From: a virus
Lineage: Duplodnaviria > Caudoviricetes
Strand: one strand, 5' to 3'
DNA: 64,000 nucleotides
Virus record (IMG/VR): IMGVR_UViG_3300022752_000014
Shown here: piece by piece, positions 48,427-55,392 of the stretch
Layout of the letters: every line of letters begins with the position of its first letter
Numbering within the stretch: position 1 is the stretch's first letter
Notes under the pieces: generated by a model
Databases searched by the model: none
What the model saw: only the letters and a program-made list of their open reading frames with translations
What the model was told of the DNA's origin: nothing
Position numbers and translations under genes: made by a program

Positions 48427-48853
48427 CTATGAAAATCCTTGGACCTACGATGGAGAGGTATTTGGTTCAAGTGATATTCAAGATTATTTTGGCTTTGTAT
48501 ATCACATTCATTGCAACAAAACTAATCGTGACTATATTGGTAGAAAGTATTTCTGGAGTTTCCGCACACCAAGAGGAAAATCTAGAAAAGTTAAGTCGGA
48601 GTCTGACTGGAAAAAATACTACGGATCATGTCCAGAACTTAAGGAAGATGTAGATAAGTATGGTAGGGAGAATTTTACGCGCACTATTTTATCATTACAT
48701 AAAACAAAGGGCAAAACTAACTTTGAGGAAACGAGACAACTCTTCGCGCATAACGTCCTCACAGAGTCCCTTGACAACGGAGTGCCAAGATACTACAATA
48801 GCAACATCCTCAATAGGTACTTCCGAAAAGATTATTATGAACGCAACGACTGA
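48410..48853 (+). CDS. GIY-YIG family nuclease
   Basis: GFVYHIHCNKTNRDYIGRK, then conserved E and YN. Confidence 0.75.
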   Translation: MSIDIDYENPWTYDGEVFGSSDIQDYFGFVYHIHCNKTNRDYIGRKYFWSFRTPRGKSRKVKSESDWKKYYGSCPELKEDVDKYGRENFTRTILSLHKTKGKTNFEETRQLFAHNVLTESLDNGVPRYYNSNILNRYFRKDYYERND

Positions 48854-49010
48854 AGATATCGTCGCGCATGTGAGGGAGTGGTCCCTTGACCGTGCTGCAG
48901 ATATGAGTATTCCAAAAGAGGATGCCCGTGCTATTCTTGCTGAGTTCTATGAATGGATTGAACCAGAAGGTGACGAATTAGAAATTGTCTCTCTAGACCC
49001 AGAATCTTGA
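48837..49010 (+). CDS. Hypothetical protein (57 aa)
   Basis: MNATTEDIVAHVREWS...; overlaps the GIY-YIG stop. Confidence 0.6.
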   Translation: MNATTEDIVAHVREWSLDRAADMSIPKEDARAILAEFYEWIEPEGDELEIVSLDPES

Positions 49011-49035
49011 CAAAATCTAAATAAAAACTTATAAT
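49007..49035 (+). promoter_or_regulatory. Nested sigma70 and late promoters for the lysozyme leader
   Basis: TTGACA-N17-TATAAT with TAAATA (49018) inside the spacer. Confidence 0.75.
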
Positions 49036-49041
49036 GCTAAT

Positions 49042-49160
49042 AACCCACTGAAAGGTGGGTTTTCTCGTAATGAGACTTTGATTTGATTTAGAGCCGTGGG
49101 GTCTGCCCTCTGAGAAGAGGGAAGTGCGCTTTCCCTATACGGATGTAGAGTTCAATTAAA
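49042..49160 (+). ncRNA. Structured 5' leader of the lysozyme gene
   Basis: Two hairpins, then a three-way junction (CCGT/ACGG, CCCTCT-GAGA-AGAGGG). Confidence 0.5.
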
Positions 49161-49164
49161 ACTA

Positions 49165-49800
49165 GTGCAAAATTTCTTTACAGTAGCCCTGCCTCTTCTG
49201 GCAACGGTTACAACCAATGTGGCAACACTGCCGATATTTCCTCCTTTGACGGCACCTCCAGTGCCCTTCTCAATCATTAAGGAGTTTGAAACACCGACAG
49301 CGACCAAAGAGGTTGCTCCCGCTGAAAAGCCAAAAGAGAAAAGGCTAATTTGTAAAGGGTGTAATGAACATGAGAATGCTACCCTGGCATTTTTCCAGGA
49401 TCGTGGTATTAAAGACAGAAACGCCCTTGCTACTATCATGGGCAACATTAGGCAAGAGTCTACTTTTGTTCCTAATGTTTGTGAAGGTGGTAGCAGGACC
49501 AGTTACTATAACTGCTACGGCGGTTATGGACTGATCCAATGGACATCTGCCAACAGATATTATGGATTGGGTGATTTTGCTAAGAAGATTGGTGGTTCTC
49601 CATCAGATCTTCACACGCAACTTCGTTATCTCACGAATGAAGTTCAATGGCAACGTATTGAGGACAGGATGAAAATTCCTGGCAAGTCTATCAATCGTTA
49701 CATGGACTATGCGTATAGTTGGATTGGTTGGGGGCATCATGGTGCCCGCACTTCGTATGCTCATGAGTATGCTTCCAAACTGATCACGGTAGAAGTTTGA
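49165..49800 (+). CDS. Phage tail-type lysozyme (Phage_lysozyme2-like) with N-terminal signal-like peptide
   Basis: ATIMGNIRQES, GYGLIQWT, TQLRYL; hydrophobic N-terminus; GTG start. Confidence 0.75.
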   Translation: MQNFFTVALPLLATVTTNVATLPIFPPLTAPPVPFSIIKEFETPTATKEVAPAEKPKEKRLICKGCNEHENATLAFFQDRGIKDRNALATIMGNIRQESTFVPNVCEGGSRTSYYNCYGGYGLIQWTSANRYYGLGDFAKKIGGSPSDLHTQLRYLTNEVQWQRIEDRMKIPGKSINRYMDYAYSWIGWGHHGARTSYAHEYASKLITVEV

Positions 49801-49822
49801 TACAATTAAATACAAAATAAAA

Positions 49823-49857
49823 TAAATATAGGGGAGTGCTGCAGACCTCCCCTTTTT
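49823..49857 (+). terminator. Late promoter plus terminator cassette (copy 1)
   Basis: TAAATA, then AGGGGAG..CTCCCCT TTTT. Confidence 0.75.
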
Positions 49858-49863
49858 AGTAGA

Positions 49864-51474
49864 ATGAAAACGTTTAAAGAATTTATAATTGAATCTAATC
49901 AATGTATAATTAATTCCATTCTTTTTTTATGTGAAGGTGATTATAGTGATGAGGACGCTTTTAGAAAAATATGGAATCATTTTATAACTCATAAAAAATA
50001 TGGTTCTGAACTTAGACAACTTCTTCGTGCTAAAGATTTTAATGGTGCTAAAAAATATATGGAAAGTGAAGTTGAAAGTGCTAGAAATAATCCCAATCAT
50101 CCATTAAGTTTTGAAAAGGCAAAAAGAGGTTTTAAGGGAGGAAAAACTTCCGGAGATATAGATTCATATTTTAATATGATGAAATTAGCTCCAGATAGCG
50201 TCACTGCATTCGTTAAAGGACGTAGAGGTTCTAATACTTCAGATAGGGTTGGAGTTTATGCAAGAGTTTCGGGTGGGGCAAAACCGCCAACTTCTTCCGA
50301 ATGGGAGAAAGAAACCGGAAAGTCATCAGATACTTCCAAAAGAGATATTGAGTTTGTTGATCCCAAAAATAGAAAATATGGTTTAGGATTGAGTTTAAAA
50401 ATGGGTAAAGGTTCTCAGACAATTTCAGCAGAACCGGATGAAGCATATGCTACTTTCCAAGCAGCAGGAAAAGAATATATTAAAAAATTAAGAAAACGAG
50501 GTGCATCAAGAGAAGAAATTGATGCCTTTCAATCTCAATTGAACAAAACATCACAACAGGTGCGTAAATCATTGGGATTTACCTCACCTCAAATGACACC
50601 AAAGGTAAATAAAGAACTTTCTGATAGAAGACTTTCTTTAGCGCAAAGAAGTATTGATAAACTCTTTGATAATCATCCAAAATTTATTTCTGATTTTGAT
50701 AAAGAAGGTGCTGAAGGTAGAGTAAAGTTTGGTAAAGGAGTATCTTCCTTACCTGACAATGAATCACCTCAGGTGCGTGCAGCAAAAGATGCTTTGCAAG
50801 TTAGGAGGGGTGAAATTGAAATATCAGGATTTAAAGCAAATAAAAATGACGATACGGACGATACTGAACATAAAAAACTTGTAAGAGGTTTATATAAAAA
50901 TCCGAAAAAAATAATCGCGGCATTAAAGTCGTCTCCATCAGGAAGTGCTCAAGAAGTTGTCACTGGAACTAATATTGATAGTAAAGGTAATATTATTTCC
51001 GGAGCAAAAAGTGTTCCTGTATCACAACGTGGCAGAACAACACCAGAAACAGGGCCTGCTGCCAGTGCTCCTAAAGGAATGACTAAAGATCCTAATGTTT
51101 CTAGACCCGCGAATGTCAAGTTAAGAGTTTCTGGATCGCAAGAACCAGTTTCTAGACAATCTTCTTTTGCCGCTTTTTCTCAACAAGCATCTCAACAACA
51201 AATTCCCCCACCACCACAACCAACACAACCAGTTGTCCCTAAAGGTATAAAATTACAACACATAGGTAATTTCATCAGAAATCAAGCAGCGCAGCAAGCA
51301 CATCAAACAAGACTTCAACAAGCACAAGCACAAGCAGCAACACAACAACCTCAACCTCAGACCACACAACCTCAACCAACACAGCAACAAACTCCACCAC
51401 CAGACCAACAGAATCAAAGAAAGAAAAGAATACAACCACAACAACCTGTTCTAGCTACACCAATTACACAATAA
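49864..51474 (+). CDS. Late protein with capsid-targeting-like N-terminus (MKTFKEFIIES), possible PD-(D/E)XK domain and Q/P-rich tail
   Basis: SKRDIEF..LSLKMGKGSQ; low-complexity C-terminus. Confidence 0.65.
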   Translation: MKTFKEFIIESNQCIINSILFLCEGDYSDEDAFRKIWNHFITHKKYGSELRQLLRAKDFNGAKKYMESEVESARNNPNHPLSFEKAKRGFKGGKTSGDIDSYFNMMKLAPDSVTAFVKGRRGSNTSDRVGVYARVSGGAKPPTSSEWEKETGKSSDTSKRDIEFVDPKNRKYGLGLSLKMGKGSQTISAEPDEAYATFQAAGKEYIKKLRKRGASREEIDAFQSQLNKTSQQVRKSLGFTSPQMTPKVNKELSDRRLSLAQRSIDKLFDNHPKFISDFDKEGAEGRVKFGKGVSSLPDNESPQVRAAKDALQVRRGEIEISGFKANKNDDTDDTEHKKLVRGLYKNPKKIIAALKSSPSGSAQEVVTGTNIDSKGNIISGAKSVPVSQRGRTTPETGPAASAPKGMTKDPNVSRPANVKLRVSGSQEPVSRQSSFAAFSQQASQQQIPPPPQPTQPVVPKGIKLQHIGNFIRNQAAQQAHQTRLQQAQAQAATQQPQPQTTQPQPTQQQTPPPDQQNQRKKRIQPQQPVLATPITQ

Positions 51475-51505
51475 ATAGAGGGGAGTGTTGCTACTCCCCT
51501 TTTTT
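51472..51505 (+). terminator. Late promoter plus terminator cassette (copy 2)
   Basis: TAAATA, then AGGGGAGT-gttgct-ACTCCCCT TTTTT. Confidence 0.75.
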
Positions 51506-51904
51506 ATGTTCAATTTTAATTTCGGAAAGAAGAAACCAGATAAGAACCAGATAATCCTTATAAGCGTTGTATTAAGTGGTATCGTAGCAACACTCTCCCA
51601 ATGCACTGGAGCGTCCCAGGAGACGCTCTGGGACCTCTTAGACGAGGTTCAGAGGTCTCTGTTCCCAGGAACGATAATCAACGATGTGCTGCTTAAAGAC
51701 CCAAAGATTATCGAAAGGAGAGTTGAGCGTGATGTTGATAGAGCCATTCGTGAATATGAACGCTTGACAGGGGACACTGGAACGCCTAAAATACCTTTGC
51801 CACGGTTAAGCGAGAAAGCTCCAGATGGCTCAGAGGTTCAAAGATTATTAGGAGGTGAAATGAGAATCTGTTCTGTATGGGTTGACGACTGCCCTAAGGA
51901 CTGA
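51506..51904 (+). CDS. Membrane-anchored protein (spanin-like candidate)
   Basis: Basic N-terminus, TM IILISVVLSGIVATLSQC, helical body. Confidence 0.55.
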   Translation: MFNFNFGKKKPDKNQIILISVVLSGIVATLSQCTGASQETLWDLLDEVQRSLFPGTIINDVLLKDPKIIERRVERDVDRAIREYERLTGDTGTPKIPLPRLSEKAPDGSEVQRLLGGEMRICSVWVDDCPKD

Positions 51905-51918
51905 TACAATACTCTTAT

Positions 51919-51992
<74 letters not shown>

Positions 51993-51996
51993 CCTT

Positions 51997-52078
51997 GTCG
52001 ATGTGGCGGAATTGGTAGACGCGCTGGGTTTAGGTTCCAGTAGATTAATCTGTGAAGGTTCAAGTCCTTTCATCGACA
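51997..52078 (+). tRNA. tRNA-Leu (TAG)
   Basis: GTCGATG/CATCGAC, loop ttTAGgt, long variable arm. Confidence 0.92.
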
Positions 52079-52079
52079 C

Positions 52080-52108
52080 TTGACAATCATACTCAACTAC
52101 TCTATGAT
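52080..52108 (+). promoter_or_regulatory. Sigma70-type promoter inside the tRNA array
   Basis: TTGACA-N17-TATGAT. Confidence 0.7.
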
Positions 52109-52118
52109 TGTCTTATAA

Positions 52119-52189
52119 GCGGGTATGGTGTAGCGGTAACACGCCATCCTTCCAAGTTGGAATCACCGGTTCGAACCCGGTTACCCGCT
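52119..52189 (+). tRNA. tRNA-Gly (TCC)
   Basis: GCGGGTA/TACCCGC, loop ctTCCaa. Confidence 0.93.
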
Positions 52190-52277
52190 CTTGGTAGTCG
52201 TTAGGCAGATAGCCTAGAAAGACGCCAATGGGAGAAGTGATCCTGCGGGTTCGCCCAAGAGCTCTCCTTCTCCTCAT

Positions 52278-52349
52278 TCCTCCTTGGCGCAGCGGTAGCG
52301 CAGATGACTGTTAATCATTTGGTCCCTGGTTCGAATCCAGGAGGGGGAG
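52278..52349 (+). tRNA. tRNA-Asn (GTT)
   Basis: TCCTCCT/AGGGGGA, loop ctGTTaa. Confidence 0.94.
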
Positions 52350-52478
52350 TTGGAAGTACTTCGGTTCTTCCAACTATGTTCTGGGTGGAATTCCCAGCGG
52401 TTTCGTTAGAGACTGTCCTTTGTAGGTTCGATGCCTACATCTTCCTTATGGGAGATAAGAGTGGCTACTGGAAACATA
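52349..52478 (+). ncRNA. Multi-stem RNA with a tRNA-type T-arm
   Basis: cUUCGg hairpin, CTGGG/CCCAG, CGGTTTC/GAGACTG, GTAGG-TTCGATG-CCTAC, ATCTTCC/GGGAGAT, closing TATGTT/AACATA. Confidence 0.5.
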
Positions 52479-52482
52479 ACAC

Positions 52483-52554
52483 GGGCGATTAGCGCAGCGG
52501 TAGCGCAGTTGCTTTACACGCAATTGGTCGGCGGTTCGAATCCGTCATCGCCCA
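52483..52554 (+). tRNA. tRNA-Val (TAC)
   Basis: GGGCGAT/ATCGCCC, loop ttTACac. Confidence 0.95.
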
Positions 52555-52582
52555 CTTGATAAATATTTAAAAAAAGAGTATA

Positions 52583-53017
52583 ATGGAAAAACTATTTAAA
52601 CTCTTGAGTGATGCTCAGTCATCACTTTTTGTTTTGTTTCATAAAACTTGGGCATTTCATTGGAATGTAGTTGGTTCTGATTTTACTCAACTACATCAAC
52701 TCTTTGGTGGACAGTATGAAACTATGTTTGAAGAGATTGATCGTCTCTCAGAGCATATGCGTTATTTGAATGTAAAACCTCTCAGTTCTCTCTCTAGAAT
52801 GCTTGAGGTTACACAGATTAAGGAGGCAGCAAGTTCCACAGGAGCAAAAGAAATGCTCCAAGAACTTCTTGAAAATAACGAAAAGTTTTGTGAATTAATG
52901 CAAGGGATTTCAGAAGAAGCAGAAGAGCAAAAGCAATATGCGACTGCTAATCTAGTTCAAGATTTAATGGAATCTCACGGCAAATTTGTTTGGCAGTTAA
53001 GATCTCATTTACAATGA
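52583..53017 (+). CDS. dps: Dps / mini-ferritin
   Basis: HWNVVG..LHQLF..QYE..IDRLSEH ferroxidase motifs; HGKFVWQLRS; TAAATA at 52560. Confidence 0.9.
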   Translation: MEKLFKLLSDAQSSLFVLFHKTWAFHWNVVGSDFTQLHQLFGGQYETMFEEIDRLSEHMRYLNVKPLSSLSRMLEVTQIKEAASSTGAKEMLQELLENNEKFCELMQGISEEAEEQKQYATANLVQDLMESHGKFVWQLRSHLQ

Positions 53018-53032
53018 GTAGGATGAAGGACA

Positions 53033-53284
53033 ATGATTTCAATACGATGCAAAGATTGCAATAAAGAAATAACAGGGCACCCAACAAAAACAATCACTTG
53101 TGGTTGTTCAAATATGGCAACAATTCGTGGCGATAAGATTTCAGCACTTGACTTATCACGTATTGTAATGCTAAACTCTATTCAGAAAGAACAAAAAACA
53201 AATGTTCTCTCTTCACAAGATATTGCCTGGCAAGAGGCAAGACGCCAACGCAAAGTAAAGCGTTTGGATTTTGAGGTTCGTTGA
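53033..53284 (+). CDS. Small Cys-containing (zinc-ribbon-like) protein
   Basis: CKDC..CGCSN; AAGGA RBS. Confidence 0.65.
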   Translation: MISIRCKDCNKEITGHPTKTITCGCSNMATIRGDKISALDLSRIVMLNSIQKEQKTNVLSSQDIAWQEARRQRKVKRLDFEVR

Positions 53285-53295
53285 ACCTCCCCACT

Positions 53296-53380
53296 GGAAA
53301 GGTGGTCGAGTGGTTGAAGGCTCTAGTCTTGAAAACTAGCGATGTGAAAGCATCCGTGGGTTCGAATCCCACCCTTTCCG
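53296..53380 (+). tRNA. tRNA-Ser (TGA)
   Basis: GGAAAGG/CCTTTCC, loop ctTGAaa, long variable arm. Confidence 0.95.
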
Positions 53381-53494
53381 TTTCAATAAGTTACAAATTT
53401 AACAATTGCTTAATAAGTGTTACGTAACGAACACAAAAGATTGACTGTGAAAGTCTTGTGGATAGTATATAGTAGTATCACAAGTATTAAACCT

Positions 53495-53644
53495 ATGGAT
53501 CAACACACCTATGAAAACTGGGTGAAGATCAAGGAAACTTTTGAAGCTTCTGGCAACACCGACAACATGTTTTATTATAGATCTTGCGAAATTGTAAAAA
53601 CTAAAAAAGATCCTCTTGCAAAATTTCTTGGAGACGAGAAATGA
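53495..53644 (+). CDS. Conserved cyanophage hypothetical protein (49 aa, MDQHTYENWVKIK)
   Basis: First ORF of a coupled small-gene run. Confidence 0.65.
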   Translation: MDQHTYENWVKIKETFEASGNTDNMFYYRSCEIVKTKKDPLAKFLGDEK

Positions 53645-53844
53645 TGCACGAACAAGAAGAATTAGTTACACGTTCTGAAGTTCAGGAGATGATTGATGCT
53701 GCTATACGAAGGCACAATCGGAATGCTTCCATTATTAGTATGTGCGTTGGGTGGGTGGTTCTTGCTTTATTTGCTGAAGGACTGCTAAGACTGATTGGGG
53801 TTATTCCGCCAGTTCTACCATGGCTCAAGATTACTCTCCACTAA
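53641..53844 (+). CDS. Small membrane protein
   Basis: IDAAIRRHNR, then TM IISMCVGWVVLALFAEGLL. Confidence 0.7.
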   Translation: MMHEQEELVTRSEVQEMIDAAIRRHNRNASIISMCVGWVVLALFAEGLLRLIGVIPPVLPWLKITLH

Positions 53845-54131
53845 TATTTTTAGTTCCTTGGTTTGTACTTGTGGGTATTGCACTTTCAATGATTGTGCAA
53901 GGTTGGATGATTATGAATGCTCAACACGGGTATTCTAAGAGTCCAAAAGTAAAACATCCAGAGTTAAACGACGTTAAAGCAGGAGACCCGTTACTAGTGG
54001 TTAGATTTACAGACGAAGACATCGAACAACTTCAAAGAAGAGTTTTACAACAGAAGATAGACGAATTATTCGAAGAACCCTCTAGTTACGAGGACGACGA
54101 TGATGACGATGGAATGGCAGGAGTTAATTGA
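53820..54131 (+). CDS. DUF2973-like membrane protein
   Basis: N-terminal TM, then KHPEL..GDPLLVVRF. Confidence 0.65.
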   Translation: MAQDYSPLIFLVPWFVLVGIALSMIVQGWMIMNAQHGYSKSPKVKHPELNDVKAGDPLLVVRFTDEDIEQLQRRVLQQKIDELFEEPSSYEDDDDDDGMAGVN

Positions 54132-54222
54132 ATTCCTTACAAAACAAATCTTGATTTTTATCGTGTTTATGTGTGGACTTATTGTTGGTTATGTTTATGG
54201 ACTACGAGAAGGAGGACAATGA
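54109..54222 (+). CDS. 37 aa single-TM peptide (MEWQELIEFLTKQILIFIVFMCGLIVGYVYGLREGGQ)
   Basis: Read by hand; its 3' end supplies the GGAGG RBS for the next ORF. Confidence 0.6.
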   Translation: MEWQELIEFLTKQILIFIVFMCGLIVGYVYGLREGGQ

Positions 54223-54311
54223 ACAAAAATTTACTGTTCAATGCATTAACTGTAATTGGTGCAATTGGATGCTTTGTTATATGGGGTTTAAATAACGCTT
54301 ATCCACAATGA
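54219..54311 (+). CDS. ndhQ: NdhQ-like NDH-1L small subunit (30 aa)
   Basis: GGAGG RBS, ATGA couplings; ALTVIGAIGCFVIWGLNNAY aligns without gaps to recalled cyanobacterial NdhQ C-terminus AVLILGFIAGLIWWALHTAY. Confidence 0.6.
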   Translation: MNKNLLFNALTVIGAIGCFVIWGLNNAYPQ

Positions 54312-54808
54312 AAAAACTCAACGATACAATTCTAACAGTCACGATTGCAATCATTGACTTTCTGTATCGTGACTTACCCATTCAAAGATTCTGGGTTCTA
54401 GAGACTATTGCCAGAGCACCTTACTTTGCCTTTTTAAGTGTGTTGCATCTGAGAGAGTCTCTTGGATTGCGAACAGATTCACACTACTATTTGATGAAAG
54501 AACACTTTGCACAAACCGTCAATGAAACAGAACACCTTATCGAAATGGAATCGCGTGGTGGGAGTAACCGTTGGATTGACCGCTTTTTCGCTTATCATTT
54601 GGTTATCATCTATTATTGGATTCTGGTGGTTTATTATTCTATTGCTCCCATCTCTGCTTATCATCTAAACACGGGTATTGAGTATCACGCCACAGAAACT
54701 TATCTCTCATACCTCTGGGAGCATCCAGAAGACACAAAGATCGCTGAGATTGCGGTTGATGAAATGAATCACTATATTGAACTTACAAGAGCAATGGAGA
54801 TGATTTGA
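54308..54808 (+). CDS. ptox: Plastoquinol terminal oxidase
   Basis: RFWVLETIARAPYF, NETEH, EYHATETY, DEMNH diiron motifs. Confidence 0.93.
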   Translation: MKKLNDTILTVTIAIIDFLYRDLPIQRFWVLETIARAPYFAFLSVLHLRESLGLRTDSHYYLMKEHFAQTVNETEHLIEMESRGGSNRWIDRFFAYHLVIIYYWILVVYYSIAPISAYHLNTGIEYHATETYLSYLWEHPEDTKIAEIAVDEMNHYIELTRAMEMI

Positions 54809-54930
54809 TGTTATTAGCAAAAGCACTTTTATTTGTTTCAATTCCTTTCGTTTTAGCAACACTCTATTTCGGAACAAAAGGAGGGTATTATGACTCCAAA
54901 GATTATAAGGGAAACGGAACCGCACATTAG
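54808..54930 (+). CDS. ndhP: NdhP NDH-1L small subunit (40 aa)
   Basis: TM followed by LYFGTKGGYYDSKDYKGNGTAH, matching recalled NdhP tail LFFGTRNGFYDTDQYHGNGSAH; TGATG coupling to ptox. Confidence 0.85.
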   Translation: MLLAKALLFVSIPFVLATLYFGTKGGYYDSKDYKGNGTAH

Positions 54931-55108
54931 GCAAAGATACCACTTTGCGACAACTGCATTTGTAAGAATGTGGGGGCACAGTTCACTACACGATCATAAG
55001 ATTGTAGACTTTTGTATTGAATGGGCACATAAAGAAGAGAATGCTCCACTTGACAACACAGTTGATCAATATTTTTATTATGAATTTAAGACTTGGAGGG
55101 GATATTGA
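54890..55108 (+). CDS. Hypothetical protein (72 aa)
   Basis: GGAGG RBS; overlaps ndhP. Confidence 0.6.
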   Translation: MTPKIIRETEPHIRQRYHFATTAFVRMWGHSSLHDHKIVDFCIEWAHKEENAPLDNTVDQYFYYEFKTWRGY

Positions 55109-55260
55109 TGGGACACTTTGCAAGATGGGTATTAGAAAATCCATATACTCTGGGTATTATTGGATATCTGTTAATTGTTGTACCTATTATGGGTATCTGG
55201 GCAATTCATAAGTATGGTTGGCAGCACTGGGCTCCATTTGACAAGGGGCACAAGGAGTAG
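55108..55260 (+). CDS. 50 aa single-TM peptide (..VPIMGIWAIHKYGWQHWAPF)
   Basis: Read by hand; GGAGG RBS, TGATG coupling. Confidence 0.65.
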   Translation: MGHFARWVLENPYTLGIIGYLLIVVPIMGIWAIHKYGWQHWAPFDKGHKE

Positions 55261-55266
55261 TATAAT
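55238..55266 (+). promoter_or_regulatory. Sigma70-type promoter for tRNA-Pro
   Basis: Perfect TTGACA-N17-TATAAT. Confidence 0.85.
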
Positions 55267-55300
55267 TAGTTCTGTTGAGAGGCAAGACCACTCAACGCAA

Positions 55301-55374
55301 CGGGGTGTAGCGCAGCTTGGTAGCGCATCTGCTTTGGGAGCAGAGGGTCGCAGGTTCGAATCCTGTCACCCCGA
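55301..55374 (+). tRNA. tRNA-Pro (TGG)
   Basis: CGGGGTG/CACCCCG, loop ttTGGga. Confidence 0.95.
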
Positions 55375-55392
55375 CTCATAAAACTTTACATT

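Noticed and set aside
52352-52478. tRNA-Sec or two-piece tmRNA
   Set aside because: No UCA anticodon, no intact D-arm, U rather than A discriminator, only 4 nt between the putative pieces, and no tag ORF. Kept only as an unclassified RNA.
53388-53425. NtcA or RpaB (HLR1) site in GTTACAAATTTAAC..TGTTACGTAAC
   Set aside because: Not GTA-N8-TAC, and the direct-repeat period is 9 rather than 10; too weak to call
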